Counted from the first letter of the stretch, positions 18,945 to 30,015 are shown. The stretch: DNA of 64,000 nucleotides from an uncultured cyanobacterium (GCA_963793265.1 CAWBZI010000006.1:928001-992000); one strand, 5' to 3'. Program-made: numbers and translations. The notes: generated by a model from the sequence alone, not told the origin.

Positions 18945-20381
18945 ATGACAGAAAAAGAAGCGCTAGAAGCCGTTCAAAGAGCGATCGCACCTGAGTCTTT
19001 AAGCTACGTCCAAGAAATCGTTTTCAAGCAGTCATGGTCAGGTCAGCTCTACCCTGAGATCGCAAAATCAGTCGGCTATCACCCTGAATATATTCGCGAC
19101 GTGGGCGCTCAGCTCTGGCGATCGCTTTCAGACTCCATCGGTCACAAAGTAACTAAAAAAAACGTCAGGTTTGTCCTCAATACCCTGGCAGAAAAGAATC
19201 TCTCAACGCCTTCGGGCACCCAAAAAGACAACCCAAGAGCCAAAAGCGATTCAGACGATTCCCAAATTCTTCATTCCCAGGTTGGCGACTTGCTGAGCAC
19301 ACAGGCGACAACAACACAGATAGCGTTTCCCAGCGTTGGACTCTCCGTAGAATCTGCCTTTTATATTCCGCGTCCTCCCGCCGAAGAACAGGCTTTTGCA
19401 GAACTCGAACGACCTGGCGGGCTACTGAGAATCAAAGCCCCTAGCAATACGGGTAAAACGTCACTACTACTACGGGCTCTAGACTATGCCCGTGAGCAGG
19501 GGGCTCGAACAGTACTGATTAACATTCAAGAAGCTGATACCGCGATTTTAGAAGACTTGAGTCGGTTTCTTCGCTGGTTTTGCCGCAACACCGCGCAGCA
19601 GCTCGGCATCGAAAATAAGCTAGATGACTATTGGGATGACGAAATTGGCTACAAGGTAAGCTGCAAAATATATTTTAGAGAATACTTACTCAACCAGATC
19701 TCTGGGCCCGTTGTCTTAGCCTTAGATGAGGTCGATCAGCTCTTTGAGTATCCAGCGCTCGTGCAGGAGTTTTTGCCAATGCTCAGAGTTTGGCACGAAG
19801 AAGCGATGGAGCTAGCCATCTGGCAAAAGCTGCGCCTGGTGCTCTCTTACAACACAGAAGTATATGTGCCGCTAAAAATTTCTCAGTCGCCTTTTAATAT
19901 TGGGCTCTCTGTGCAGCTACCCGTTCTGAGCCTGGCGCAAACCGAAGAACTAGCCGAACAATACGAGCTGTCGATGAAAAACGAGGGAGCAGATGGCGAG
20001 GCCAGCGGAGAAGCCATAAGCGATCGTGACCAGCTCACCCGGCTACATGCGCTAGTATCTGGACACCCGTACTTAATCCAGCTTGCGCTCTATTGGCTCT
20101 CAGAACGAGAGATTACGCTGACGGCGCTATTACAAGAGGCCCATACGCAAGCGGGTATCTATAGCGCTCATCTCCGCCGACACTGGCAGATTATGCAAAG
20201 ACAGCCTGAGCTTAAAGGGGCTTTGGCTAAAGTACTTAAGGCTCCGAAAGAAGGGGCTCAGATCGACGCAATGCTGGCCTATCAGCTAGAGCGGATGGGG
20301 TTGGTTTATATGGTTGGTAATGTCGCTATTATTAGCAGTGAGCTGTACTATTTGTACTTCAAGGAGTTGCTATTAGGTTAA
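18945..20381 (+). CDS. wHTH + AAA_35 (STAND-class) ATPase
   Basis: N-terminal SW.G..Y.EIA...GY...YI...G..LW..LS...G.KV.K.N helix-turn-helix module; FYIPRPP.E, IKAPSNTGKTS (Walker A), LALDEVD (Walker B), SPFNIG, GHPYL. Confidence 0.85.
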   Translation: MTEKEALEAVQRAIAPESLSYVQEIVFKQSWSGQLYPEIAKSVGYHPEYIRDVGAQLWRSLSDSIGHKVTKKNVRFVLNTLAEKNLSTPSGTQKDNPRAKSDSDDSQILHSQVGDLLSTQATTTQIAFPSVGLSVESAFYIPRPPAEEQAFAELERPGGLLRIKAPSNTGKTSLLLRALDYAREQGARTVLINIQEADTAILEDLSRFLRWFCRNTAQQLGIENKLDDYWDDEIGYKVSCKIYFREYLLNQISGPVVLALDEVDQLFEYPALVQEFLPMLRVWHEEAMELAIWQKLRLVLSYNTEVYVPLKISQSPFNIGLSVQLPVLSLAQTEELAEQYELSMKNEGADGEASGEAISDRDQLTRLHALVSGHPYLIQLALYWLSEREITLTALLQEAHTQAGIYSAHLRRHWQIMQRQPELKGALAKVLKAPKEGAQIDAMLAYQLERMGLVYMVGNVAIISSELYYLYFKELLLG

Positions 20382-20407
20382 TGCCTTGAGGGCGATCTTT
20401 TAGTGAA

Positions 20408-23400
20408 GTGCTTGCCATCTTTAACGCTCAAGGCCCCATGTTCGGCATGGATCTATTAGATGTAAAAAATCTCTCGAAGCGTGAGTCCCCTTACGATTAT
20501 CAGGTAGGGGGTAGCCTGCGGCTGGATGCGCCAACCTATATCGTCCGGCAGGCTGACAAAGACCTGCTTGAAACGCTGATTGCGGGAGAGTATTGCTATG
20601 TTTTTCACTCCCGGCAGATGGGTAAGTCTAGCCTGCGGGTGCGATCGCAAGAGCGCCTGAGAGCAGCGGGCAAGCTCTGCGCCTCAATAGACATGACCAG
20701 CATCGGCTGCGAGAGAGTCACGCCGTTGCAGTGGTACAAGGGCCTAATGGTTGATTTGCTCTCTAAGTTTGAGCTGCGCGATCGCGTCAACTTCAGCCAG
20801 TGGTGGGCTGATAATAAAGATCTCTCACTGGTGCAGCGGCTACGGCTATTTATTGAAGAGATCTTGCTGGCCGCTTTGCCCGATCGCGATCTGCTCATCT
20901 TTGTAGACGAAATCGACAGCGCCCTAGCCCTAGAGTTTCCGATAGATGATTTTTTTGCGCTGGTTCGCTATTGCTACGACCAGCAGGCAGAAAACCCGAG
21001 CTATCGGCGGCTGACGTGGGCCTTGTTTGGAGTCGCTACGCCTTCGGATTTGATTCAAGATATGACGCGTACTCCGTTTAATGTTGGACGCGCGATTGAG
21101 ATTAAAGGCTTAGAGTTTTCAGATGCGACGGTGCTGACCGAAGGGCTATCAGGCTACGGTTATGACGCGATCGCACTGGTTCGAGAAGTTTTGCGATGGA
21201 CGAGCGGCCAGCCTTTTTTAACTCAAAAAATCTGTCAGCTTACGGCGCGATCACTGCTAGGCGACCTGCCGCTAGACGCCGATTTATCACTTCCCAAAAC
21301 ACCCGCCGCCTTAGTCAGATGGGTCGTTCACACCCAGGTCATAGAGCATTGGGAAGGGCAAGACAACCCTGAGCACTTTCGGACAATTCGCGATCGCCTC
21401 CTTCGCAATGAAAATACGGCCCCCCGGCTGCTCGGCATCTACCAAACAATCCTGCTGGCCGCTATCTCTCAGGGCAAACCAGATTTAGATCTAGAGCGGC
21501 TTTTAGCCTACGACGATAGCCCGGAGCACATGGAACTGATGCTCTCGGGCCTGATTAAAAACGAAAAAGGACGGCTACTGGTCAAAAATCCTATCTACGC
21601 AACCATTTTTGATATTCAGTGGGTAGAGCAGCAGCTTAGCGCCCTACGGCCCTATGCCCGGCAGCTATCGGCCTGGGTAGCGTCGGAGCGCACCGACGAG
21701 TCACGACTGCTCAGAGGCAGAGCCCTTAAGGACGCTCACGACTGGAGCTTGGAGCGCAGCGTCAGCGAGCTAGACCACGACTTTCTCACGGCCAGCGAGC
21801 GCTTCGACCGAAAGATTATGCAGCAGGCACTCAAATCTGCCAGGCTCAAAGAAACCGAAAAAAGACTCACGATTGAAAGAAAAGCTAGACGCGCTCAGCG
21901 AGCACTCATTACAACGCTAAGCGGCGCGCTGATTGTTGCTATTTCGCTTGGCATGGTTGCCCAGGCTCAATATCAACGGGCCAAACAAACAGAATTTGAA
22001 GCGCTTGTTACCACTTCAGATGCCCTCTATGCTTCCGAGCAACGGTTGGATTCTTTGGTCAAATCGATCGAGGCGAATCGCTATTTTTACGAGCAGGGAG
22101 GCGGACGGCTCAACCAGTCAGAGCAAATGGTTAGCGCGCTGCGCAGGAGCGCGGTGGGCGTGACTGAAAAAAATCGGTTGACGCTTGAAAAAAGCAATTT
22201 TTGGGACGTTGATATTAGCCCTGATGGTCAGCGAATTGTCACGGGTAGCGCCAACAGTGAAGTCCGGCTGTGGGATATAGACGGCACGCTGCTCAATACG
22301 TTTGCCGGACAAACCGCGCGGGTGCGGGCGGTGAGATTTTTCCCAGATGGCAAAAGGATCATTTCAGGCAGCGATGACAGCCGTCTCAAAATTAGAAACT
22401 TGCAGGGAAAGGTTCTGCACACGCTTAGAGGTCATACCGACGCTGTTTATGCGGTAGCAGTCAGTCAGGACGGACGGCGAGTGGTTTCAGCCAGCGGCGA
22501 TCGCACCCTCAAAGTTTGGACAGCCAGAGGGCGACTCCTCCATACGCTCACTGGCCACACCAATGAAGTGACTGCCGTTGCCATTAGCCCTGACAATAAA
22601 ACCATTGCGTCTGCTAGTGAAGATGGCACCGTCAAGCTGTGGAGTCTTGGTGGAAAGCTGCGGCGTACCCTCAAAGGCCATACCGCACCGATGACCGCTG
22701 TGGCCTTTAGCCCCAATGGTAAGCTACTCGCCACTGCCAGCCGCGATACCACTATTAGCTATTGGAATGTGGCAGCTTTGCTAGCTGAGGCATCGAATTT
22801 GCCATCAAAAACAGCGGCATCCAAGACAGCAGCGTCAACAGCAGTATTAAAGACAGCAGACGAGATGCAGCCTTTAAAGAAGTTACAGGGCCATCAAGCC
22901 GATATCTTATCAATTGAGTTTAGCCCTAATAGCGAGCAGCTCGTGTCTGCGAGTCGCGATCGCACGGTCAAACTATGGAACTTAGACGGCGAGCAAATTG
23001 CTAGTTTTCGAGGCCACCAAAGCCGAATAAACGCCGTCACGTTTGGCCCTTCTGGCCGGTTGATAGCCAGCGCAGGCTCCGACAAAACCGTACGGTTATG
23101 GGATTTAACCAATCCGCTGCTAACGGTATATCTAGGCCCAAACGCAGGCATTATCGGCGTTGATATCAGCCCAGATGGTGAGCTTATCGCCGCTGCTAGC
23201 GACGATCGCGGCCTGTACCTTTGGCACCGAAACACTAACCAGCTCATCGCACGTTTTGATCATCCCGACGCGGTACTCAGTACTGCGTTCAGTCCTGACG
23301 GCACTCAGATTGTTACTAGCAGTTGGGATGGAACTGCCCGCCTGTGGACAACCGCAGGAAATCTCGTCACAATCTTTAGTGGTCACGACAAACCTATCTG

Positions 23401-24106
23401 GGATGCGGTTTTTAGCCCTGACGGACAAACAATTGCAACAGGTGGTGTCGATGGGCGCGTGCGTTTTTGGGATTTACAAGGGAACGAGCAAGCTGCCTTT
23501 TTTGGACATAAGGGCGAGGTGCGCGCGGTTGATTTTAGTGAAGACGGTCAGTTTGTCGTGTCGGCCAGCTTAGATAGAACGGTGAAGCTATGGTCACGAG
23601 ATGGCAAGCTGTTGCAGATTATTCGAGGCGATGGCCGCAGCGGATTTATCGATGCGAATTTTAGCCCAGATGGTGAGCTAATTGCGGCAGCAGGTTTTGA
23701 TAACGCAGCAAAGGTATGGAAGGTGGATGGCACTTTGCTAACAACGCTAGAAGGCCATGAAGCCGAGGTACGATCGGTTGACTTTAGCGAGGATGGAGAG
23801 CAGCTAGTAACGGCTAGCGGGGATGGCACGATTAAGCTATGGACGCTTGAGGGGGAGCTGGTAGCAACGTTTACTGAAAGCGGGCGGGCGGTATGGCAGG
23901 CGCTCTTTGCTCAGGGTGCTGATGCGGCAGCAGATCGCGTAGTGGTGTCAGCCGGAGAAGATCGGCGATCGCACCTGTGGAACGTAGAAAAGCTACTCGA
24001 CGAAGACGGCCTGTTAGAGCAGGGCTGTCGGTGGGCCGAAGACTACATAAAAACCAGCTCCACCGTAGAGAATCGCGACCTGTGCAAAGACGTTCTGTCG
24101 CGATAA
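20408..24106 (+). CDS. AAA_35 (STAND) ATPase + transmembrane helix + 14 WD40 repeats
   Basis: [47 protein letters not shown]; hydrophobic helix at about aa 499-518; 14 GH...W(D/N/T/S) repeats; start could be ATG 20438 or 20447. Confidence 0.9.
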   Translation: MLAIFNAQGPMFGMDLLDVKNLSKRESPYDYQVGGSLRLDAPTYIVRQADKDLLETLIAGEYCYVFHSRQMGKSSLRVRSQERLRAAGKLCASIDMTSIGCERVTPLQWYKGLMVDLLSKFELRDRVNFSQWWADNKDLSLVQRLRLFIEEILLAALPDRDLLIFVDEIDSALALEFPIDDFFALVRYCYDQQAENPSYRRLTWALFGVATPSDLIQDMTRTPFNVGRAIEIKGLEFSDATVLTEGLSGYGYDAIALVREVLRWTSGQPFLTQKICQLTARSLLGDLPLDADLSLPKTPAALVRWVVHTQVIEHWEGQDNPEHFRTIRDRLLRNENTAPRLLGIYQTILLAAISQGKPDLDLERLLAYDDSPEHMELMLSGLIKNEKGRLLVKNPIYATIFDIQWVEQQLSALRPYARQLSAWVASERTDESRLLRGRALKDAHDWSLERSVSELDHDFLTASERFDRKIMQQALKSARLKETEKRLTIERKARRAQRALITTLSGALIVAISLGMVAQAQYQRAKQTEFEALVTTSDALYASEQRLDSLVKSIEANRYFYEQGGGRLNQSEQMVSALRRSAVGVTEKNRLTLEKSNFWDVDISPDGQRIVTGSANSEVRLWDIDGTLLNTFAGQTARVRAVRFFPDGKRIISGSDDSRLKIRNLQGKVLHTLRGHTDAVYAVAVSQDGRRVVSASGDRTLKVWTARGRLLHTLTGHTNEVTAVAISPDNKTIASASEDGTVKLWSLGGKLRRTLKGHTAPMTAVAFSPNGKLLATASRDTTISYWNVAALLAEASNLPSKTAASKTAASTAVLKTADEMQPLKKLQGHQADILSIEFSPNSEQLVSASRDRTVKLWNLDGEQIASFRGHQSRINAVTFGPSGRLIASAGSDKTVRLWDLTNPLLTVYLGPNAGIIGVDISPDGELIAAASDDRGLYLWHRNTNQLIARFDHPDAVLSTAFSPDGTQIVTSSWDGTARLWTTAGNLVTIFSGHDKPIWDAVFSPDGQTIATGGVDGRVRFWDLQGNEQAAFFGHKGEVRAVDFSEDGQFVVSASLDRTVKLWSRDGKLLQIIRGDGRSGFIDANFSPDGELIAAAGFDNAAKVWKVDGTLLTTLEGHEAEVRSVDFSEDGEQLVTASGDGTIKLWTLEGELVATFTESGRAVWQALFAQGADAAADRVVVSAGEDRRSHLWNVEKLLDEDGLLEQGCRWAEDYIKTSSTVENRDLCKDVLSR

Positions 24107-24189
24107 ACTTCGCAATCGCGCACAAATCAACGTCAAAAATCGCTAAAGTAAAGGAACGTTAACTTTCATAAATCACAGGCCAGCTTGCT

Positions 24190-25368
24190 ATGCGCGTACT
24201 CTTAATGACCGGAAAAGGTGGGGTTGGTAAAACCTCAGTCGCCGCAGCAACCGGCCTCCGCTGTGCAGAAATCGGGCACAAAACGCTCGTTCTTAGTACC
24301 GACCCGGCCCACTCACTCGCAGACAGCTTCGACACCGAACTCAGCCACGATCCCAAAGAGATTAAGCCCAACCTCTGGGGCGCAGAACTAGACGCACTTA
24401 GAGAGCTAGAAGGGAACTGGGGCGCAGTGAAGCGCTATATTACGCAGGTGCTACAGGCTAGGGGCTTAGAAGGCATCGAAGCTGAAGAACTTGCAATTTT
24501 GCCGGGCATGGACGAGATTTTTAGCCTGGTGCGAATGAAGCGCCACTACGACGAAAACGAATTTGACGTTTTGATTATCGACTCTGCCCCAACTGGCACA
24601 GCTTTGCGGCTCCTAAGCCTACCGGAAGTCGCAGGCTGGTACATGCGTAAGCTCTACAAGCCTTTTCAGGCAGTTTCGACTGCCCTACGTCCACTGGTCG
24701 AGCCGTTCTTTCGCCCGGTCGCTGGATTCTCACTGCCGACAAAAGAGGTAATGGACGCGCCTTACGAATTCTACGAGCAGTTAGAAGCGCTAGAGAAGAT
24801 CTTGGCAGATCCGACAGTGACCTCAGTGCGGCTGGTCACTAATCCCGAAAAGATGGTGATTAAAGAATCCTTACGCGCTCATGCCTACCTGAGCTTGTAT
24901 AACGTCGCGACAGATATGGTAGTTGCCAATCGGATTATCCCCGAAGAAGTTAGCGATCCGTTTTTCCAGCGCTGGAAAGACCAGCAGCAAAAGTACAAGC
25001 AGCAAATTCATGACAACTTTCACCCGCTACCCGTTAAAGAGGTACCGCTTTATTCTGAAGAGATGTGCGGGCTAGAGGCGTTAGAGCGCTTGAAAGAGAC
25101 AATTTACGGCGATGAAGATCCCGCTCAGGTTTACTACAAAGAGACGACGCTGCGAGTGGTTCAAGAAGAAGACAACTACAGCCTGGAAGTTTACTTGCCC
25201 GGCATTCCTAAAGATCAGGTTGAGCTGAGCAAAACTGCTGATGAGCTAAACATTCGGATCGGTAACCATCGCCGTAATTTAGTTTTGCCTCAAGCCCTAG
25301 CTGCGCTTCAGCCTTCAGGAGCCAAAATGGAAGACGACTATCTGAAGATCCGATTTGCGACGGCATAG
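24190..25368 (+). CDS. ArsA/GET3-family ATPase with C-terminal alpha-crystallin-like domain
   Basis: [27 protein letters not shown], and C-terminal [16 protein letters not shown]; no ars operon context. Confidence 0.9.
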   Translation: MRVLLMTGKGGVGKTSVAAATGLRCAEIGHKTLVLSTDPAHSLADSFDTELSHDPKEIKPNLWGAELDALRELEGNWGAVKRYITQVLQARGLEGIEAEELAILPGMDEIFSLVRMKRHYDENEFDVLIIDSAPTGTALRLLSLPEVAGWYMRKLYKPFQAVSTALRPLVEPFFRPVAGFSLPTKEVMDAPYEFYEQLEALEKILADPTVTSVRLVTNPEKMVIKESLRAHAYLSLYNVATDMVVANRIIPEEVSDPFFQRWKDQQQKYKQQIHDNFHPLPVKEVPLYSEEMCGLEALERLKETIYGDEDPAQVYYKETTLRVVQEEDNYSLEVYLPGIPKDQVELSKTADELNIRIGNHRRNLVLPQALAALQPSGAKMEDDYLKIRFATA

Positions 25369-25504
25369 GCAACGTTACTCTTTTTTAACCAAAATCTCTC
25401 TCTATCAGCAGAGCTAGCCGCCAAATATACCTATTCAATCGAGTTGTATGGTATGTAAGTATCTGCACCCACGTTTCTCTCATTTTATCGAGGCGAGTAT
25501 TCCT

Positions 25505-26722
25505 GTGACCCAATCTCCCCTAGAGCCCCCCAACGAGCCCAATCTTTCGAGTCGTCGCCCTTCGACTGGCGGATCGAGCGATCGCCCTACGAACCCAAGC
25601 AGACCGCTCACGTTTGATGAAGTTGTGGCACTAGCGATCGCCTTTCTATCATTAGGAAGCGTCTTGCTATGGGGCCTAACCCGTGGTGGCATGGGAGCTT
25701 TTAGCGATTCGCTAGCGGGTGTAGATCCCGCCCTAGTGTCTCCAGAGATTGCGCCAGACGCAGGCGATCGCCCCATTGCTTTCAACTTTGGTACAGACGA
25801 AGACGATCTCGTTGTAGCGCCGGACGGCGTAGTCAGAACTCGCGACGGTGAGATTGTCAGAGGCTCTGCCAGACGACAGCTAGAAGAACGAGCCGCCATC
25901 AGACAAGAAGAGACATCAGGCCGAGTCGTGGAAGGGCTTGGAGCCGGGCTAGCTGGGGGCGCTATTGTTGGGGCCGCTGCTAATCCAGACCCGGTAGCGG
26001 CTGAAGAAGTGACCCCTGAAGAGGTAATTCCTGAGACAGAGCCTCAAGCAGGCGTCGTACCTGCACCAACACAGCTTTCTGAAGAAGCTTTGGCCCCCTC
26101 TCAAGAGGCAGTCACCTTTAACGATGTGCCCGAAAACTATTGGGCCAAGCCATATATCGATGAGCTGAGCAGCCGTGGCCTGATTTCAGGGTATGAAAAC
26201 GGTAATTTCAGACCCGACCAGCCGGTTACCAGAGCTGAGATCGCTAGAATCGTCTCCAACACTTTTGTCTTAACCGCAGACAAAGCTGACCTAGAGTTCT
26301 CAGACGTTGAAAGCGACTACTGGGCTAGAGAATCTATCGGAGAAGTCGTGAAAGGCGGCTTCATGACTGGTTTCCCAAACGATACTTTTGATCCCAATGC
26401 ACCCGTCACCAGAGCGCAGGCACTTACGACGATGGTTACGGGGCTAGGCATCCAGCCACCGACTAATATTCAAGCAGCGCTTGCTCGCTATGCCGATGCC
26501 AACGCTATTCCCAATTGGGCTAATGAAAAAGTAGCAGCAGCCACATCGGAGTCTCTAGTTGTAAACTATCCCGACTTACAGCAGCTTGACCCAAACGAGC
26601 CTACGACTCGCGCCGAGCTATCTGCAATTATTTACCAGGCACTTGTCTATCAGGCGGGTAATGAAGACGCTGCAAATATCAACATAGAGCCTATAGATTC
26701 TGAGTTTGTAGTGAAACCGTAA
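25505..26722 (+). CDS. Membrane-anchored S-layer homology (SLH) domain protein
   Basis: N-terminal TM (FDEVVALAIAFLSLGSVLLWGL); three SLH repeats (FNDV..NYWA..YI; GY.NG.FRPDQPVTRAE; P..PTTRAE); GTG 25505 chosen. Confidence 0.85.
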   Translation: MTQSPLEPPNEPNLSSRRPSTGGSSDRPTNPSRPLTFDEVVALAIAFLSLGSVLLWGLTRGGMGAFSDSLAGVDPALVSPEIAPDAGDRPIAFNFGTDEDDLVVAPDGVVRTRDGEIVRGSARRQLEERAAIRQEETSGRVVEGLGAGLAGGAIVGAAANPDPVAAEEVTPEEVIPETEPQAGVVPAPTQLSEEALAPSQEAVTFNDVPENYWAKPYIDELSSRGLISGYENGNFRPDQPVTRAEIARIVSNTFVLTADKADLEFSDVESDYWARESIGEVVKGGFMTGFPNDTFDPNAPVTRAQALTTMVTGLGIQPPTNIQAALARYADANAIPNWANEKVAAATSESLVVNYPDLQQLDPNEPTTRAELSAIIYQALVYQAGNEDAANINIEPIDSEFVVKP

Positions 26723-26759
26723 TCTCCGGCTGCAGCTATAGGACGAAGCTAAAACGCTG

Positions 26760-26803
26760 AAAAGCCTCAAAGTCTATCGTGTAGTAGACTCTGAGGCTTT
26801 TTT
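26760..26803. terminator. Bidirectional terminator between the SLH and dedA-family genes
   Basis: AAAAGCCTCA-a-AGTCTA...TAGACT-c-TGAGGCTTTTTT. Confidence 0.8.
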
Positions 26804-26843
26804 AAATGCTTGTATGAGGCGGTTAACTTATGAAAGATTGCCT

Positions 26844-27470
26844 CTAGAGCTTGACCGCTTCGGCATCACGGCGAGACTCTAGCCACCAGGCGATCGCTAT
26901 CCAACCAACCACAACTACAAAGGCCACGCCTGTAAACTGGGCGATCCATTTCATAATCACTGCTAGGGGCACTAGCTGACCTAAAAAGTACGTCAGCCCC
27001 ACCATCACAGCAGCCCAAGAGGCCGCGCCAATGGTATTGCATAGCAAAAACTTAGGATAGGGCATTCGGGTAATACCCGCCAGCGGGCCTGCGAACACAC
27101 GCAGCAAGGTCACGAATCTGCCAAATAAAACGGCTTTACCTGCGTTTTGGCTAAAGCGATCGCGCAATCCTACCAAAGTCGTCTCAGGCACCTTCAGCAG
27201 CTTTGCAATTTTGACCAGCAGCGGCCAGCCGCCGTAATAACCCAACAAGTAGCCACCGCTGTCGCCTAAAATAGCGCCTGAGGTAGCAGCGCCAAGCACA
27301 TACCAAACGTTAAGCTCGTCGCTACCTGCCAAGAATCCGCCCACCAAGGTGACTGTCTCTCCAGGAATGGGAATTCCCATGTTTTCTAGCAAAACGCCGA
27401 AGAATACAGCCCAATAGCCATATTCGCGGGCAATGTCTTGCACTATTTCTATAGAGATGAGTTCGCCCAT
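26844..27470 (-). CDS. DedA-family membrane protein
   Basis: LENMGIPIPGE, GAILGD..GY..G, FGRFV..LR.FAGPLAG...M.Y.KF...N. Confidence 0.9.
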   Translation of the reverse strand: MGELISIEIVQDIAREYGYWAVFFGVLLENMGIPIPGETVTLVGGFLAGSDELNVWYVLGAATSGAILGDSGGYLLGYYGGWPLLVKIAKLLKVPETTLVGLRDRFSQNAGKAVLFGRFVTLLRVFAGPLAGITRMPYPKFLLCNTIGAASWAAVMVGLTYFLGQLVPLAVIMKWIAQFTGVAFVVVVGWIAIAWWLESRRDAEAVKL

Positions 27471-27808
27471 AATGAGATGTTTGGCGCTAAAAATTGTTAA
27501 CTTTCTGCTACAGCTTTGGCCACTTAGCTCAATACATTCACACTGGCCGTAACCTGTATGGGCTGCGGGCTAAGTAGCGCGCTAGCCTACGAATGCATCC
27601 GCAGGCTAGCTATCTTTACTTATCTTGACGTAACTTTCCGGTAGGGTCAATTCGAGATCTACGGATTGTTCTGCAGATTGTTGACAAGAGAGATCGCCTT
27701 GCGCTCAGTCCACTTTCCCAAAAGTCATGCTTGCAAGCAAGTATTTACACTAATTTAAGCTTTTTAGCGCACACAACACCTGTGTTTTAAACGACATCCA
27801 GCAAAGTC

Positions 27809-28381
27809 CTAAGTATCGGTCGTAGCGGTGTTAGAAAAGCTCGCCATAGAGTTAGCCCCGAGCATTTCACTCGGGAACGTCGGCAGATCTAAATGGCTGG
27901 TGCCGCGACGACTGCGAACAGCAAGGCGATAGCTAGTGCTTTGTAGCTCAGCTTGTAGCTGACGGTTTTCCTGCTGAATTTTGGCAACTTTATCTTTCAC
28001 CGCGCCCATTCGCTCCGCAAACTTCTCCTTATATATTCTCGGCAGTTCCTGCACGACCTGCTCTAGCATTCGCGTACGGTCAGTCAGTTCTTGAGCAGTC
28101 TGCCGAAGCTGATAGGCTTCTTCGTCTCGGCTCTCAATTTGCTCTTGATAGAAAGCAATCTGCTGATCTTGCTTGCTTAGCTGCTCTCGAAGCGCACTCA
28201 TCTCTTGCTGATGCTGCTCAGATATCTCCGGGGCAGGCATAAAATCTTGATTGCCTTTGACTAATCGAAACAGTTCTTGGGAAAGCTGCTGCACGAGCTG
28301 ATCGCGCATAGCTAACTCCTCGCGGAGCCTGACAACTTCTGAATAACTGGTAGAACTATTAACGGTAGCGGTCTGAATCAC
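27809..28381 (-). CDS. Conserved cyanobacterial coiled-coil protein (Npun_F5560-like)
   Basis: RDQLVQQLSQELFRLVKGN, LEQVVQELP.IY..KF, ENRQL.AELQS.SYRLA; heptad-rich. Confidence 0.75.
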   Translation of the reverse strand: MIQTATVNSSTSYSEVVRLREELAMRDQLVQQLSQELFRLVKGNQDFMPAPEISEQHQQEMSALREQLSKQDQQIAFYQEQIESRDEEAYQLRQTAQELTDRTRMLEQVVQELPRIYKEKFAERMGAVKDKVAKIQQENRQLQAELQSTSYRLAVRSRRGTSHLDLPTFPSEMLGANSMASFSNTATTDT

Positions 28382-28510
28382 TTGCGTACCTTCGATCCTT
28401 AAGTATCAGAATATATACCATCTACCAGCAAACGCTCGAAACCCAGCGATAACGGAGAAGCGGCGTGATAAAACGAACATTCCAGCACTATAAGTAGAAG
28501 CACTATAAGT

Positions 28511-28563
28511 AGCAAAAAAGAAAGCAGACACCACTAACTGCAATGTCTGCTTTCTTTTTTGCT
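28511..28563 (-). terminator. Strong terminator downstream of rpsF
   Basis: AGCAAAAAAGAAAGCAGACA...TGTCTGCTTTCTTTTTTGCT, 20-bp inverted repeat. Confidence 0.85.
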
Positions 28564-28596
28564 TAGATTAGGCTTTATAGCCTGCATTGTTGAGTG

Positions 28597-28956
28597 CTAA
28601 GAGCCCAGTGGCGCTGCCGAAGCTGTTGCTTCAGACTCAATATCAGCGCTTTCGCTACCTTCAGCGGGCTCTTCAAAGCAGATAGTGAGATAGCGAATGA
28701 CATCTTCGCTAAGGCGCATAGCACGTTCCATAGGTGCGATCGCAGTTCCCGGCGCTTGGTAGTTCATCTGAATATAGATGCCTTCGCGGTAGCGATTGAT
28801 CTCATAAGCCAAACGGCGCTTGCCCCGGTGCTGCGTTTCCATCATGTCAGCACCGCTTTCGGTGAGCATATCCTGGTAGCGGCTGATGGCTTGATCAACG
28901 GCTTCATCACCGAGATCGGGCCGCAGAATGTACATGGTTTCGTAAAGCGTACTCAT
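28597..28956 (-). CDS. rpsF: 30S ribosomal protein S6
   Basis: [15 protein letters not shown]...[10 protein letters not shown]...EGIYIQMNY...[17 protein letters not shown] 28956. Confidence 0.96.
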   Translation of the reverse strand: MSTLYETMYILRPDLGDEAVDQAISRYQDMLTESGADMMETQHRGKRRLAYEINRYREGIYIQMNYQAPGTAIAPMERAMRLSEDVIRYLTICFEEPAEGSESADIESEATASAAPLGS

Positions 28957-28973
28957 AATCTTAAAACTCGAGA

Positions 28974-29064
28974 TCCTTATGGACAAATAGGCCTCTATCG
29001 TTGCGATCGCAGCACTTGTAGAGATTTCTCCAAAGGCCAGACATAGCGCGGATAAAAGCAAGGG
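28974..29064 (-). promoter_or_regulatory. Putative S6:S18 ribosomal leader RNA
   Basis: CCCUU-GCUUUUAUC...GAUAGAGGC-CUAUUUGUCCAU-AAGGA: outer stem pairs with the SD-like AAGG, 9-bp inner stem, CC-containing 3' internal loop; extended -10 TGGTATGAT at 29079-29071. Confidence 0.6.
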
Positions 29065-29155
29065 CTTACAATCATACCAACAACTGAGCCTGCTTAACAC
29101 GTACACTAGCTTCGAGTGCCTAAATAAACGTTTGATCTAATCTGTGGCAATACCT

Positions 29156-30004
29156 ATGGTGCACCGTTACGTTCGAGTTCAATCGTCATCAGGACAGCTA
29201 CACTACGGCCTGCTACTCGCAGACAGGCGTGTGCAGGTATTAGACGCACCGCCCTGGCGAAATGGTCAGGCCACCGAGATTGAACTGGCTTTAGAAGACT
29301 ACCGGCTACTCGCGCCTTGCTCGCCCTCTAAAATAATTGCGGTTGGCCGCAACTATGCCAAACACGCCGTCGAGCTAGGGAATGATCTCCCGCAAAAGCC
29401 GCTGCTGTTCATGAAGCCATCTACGGCGGTAACAGCAATAGATTCGCCTATTTTTTATCCGCAGCAGTCTCAGCGGGTGGACTATGAGGGAGAGCTAGCG
29501 GTGGTAATTGGCGATCGCGCGACCGATTGCGAAATTGACGAGGCACGCAGCAAAATTTGGGGATATACCATTGCCAACGATGTCACCGCGCGCGATTTAC
29601 AGCGGCAAGAAAATCAGTGGACACGGGCCAAAGGTTTCGATTCTTTTTGTCCGTTAGGCCCCTGGATAGTGCGCGAGATTCCAGTGGGCGCGCGGCTACA
29701 GACGTTTGTTAATAACGCTAAAACACCTGTTCAGTCAGCATCTATTGCCGATATGGTTTTTTCACCAGAGTATTTGGTGGCCTATATTAGCCAGGCAATT
29801 ACGCTGCTGCCGGGAGATGTGATTTTGACGGGAACCCCAGAAGGGGTAGGGGCAGTGTCAGTGGGCGATCGCATCCGCATAGAGATAGAAGGCATCGGCT
29901 CACTCGATAACCCCGTACAGGCCAAACCCACTAAAAAAGCGCCCGCTACAAAAGAGCTGGCGCTTCAATCAGACTTTATACAAAAGACTCAAAAGGTCAA
30001 TTGA
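29156..30004 (+). CDS. Fumarylacetoacetate hydrolase family protein
   Basis: KIIAVGRNYAKH, FMKP, DYEGEL, NDVTARD, KGFDSFCPLGP, GDVILTGTPEGVG. Confidence 0.9.
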   Translation: MVHRYVRVQSSSGQLHYGLLLADRRVQVLDAPPWRNGQATEIELALEDYRLLAPCSPSKIIAVGRNYAKHAVELGNDLPQKPLLFMKPSTAVTAIDSPIFYPQQSQRVDYEGELAVVIGDRATDCEIDEARSKIWGYTIANDVTARDLQRQENQWTRAKGFDSFCPLGPWIVREIPVGARLQTFVNNAKTPVQSASIADMVFSPEYLVAYISQAITLLPGDVILTGTPEGVGAVSVGDRIRIEIEGIGSLDNPVQAKPTKKAPATKELALQSDFIQKTQKVN

Positions 30005-30015
30005 TGTTCTGCAAA

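Noticed and set aside
24190..25368. Arsenic resistance (arsA) or a fourth member of the STAND cluster
   Set aside because: Single ATPase domain with an alpha-crystallin-like tail and no arsB/arsC/arsR nearby; this type is a widespread cyanobacterial core gene, so adjacency to the STAND pair is probably incidental
28957..29106. 50-aa N-terminal extension of S6 in the ORF track (also extensions on petG, KirBac, the amidase and dusA)
   Set aside because: For rpsF the extension overlaps the promoter and leader RNA; in each case family similarity or the signal peptide begins at the downstream start
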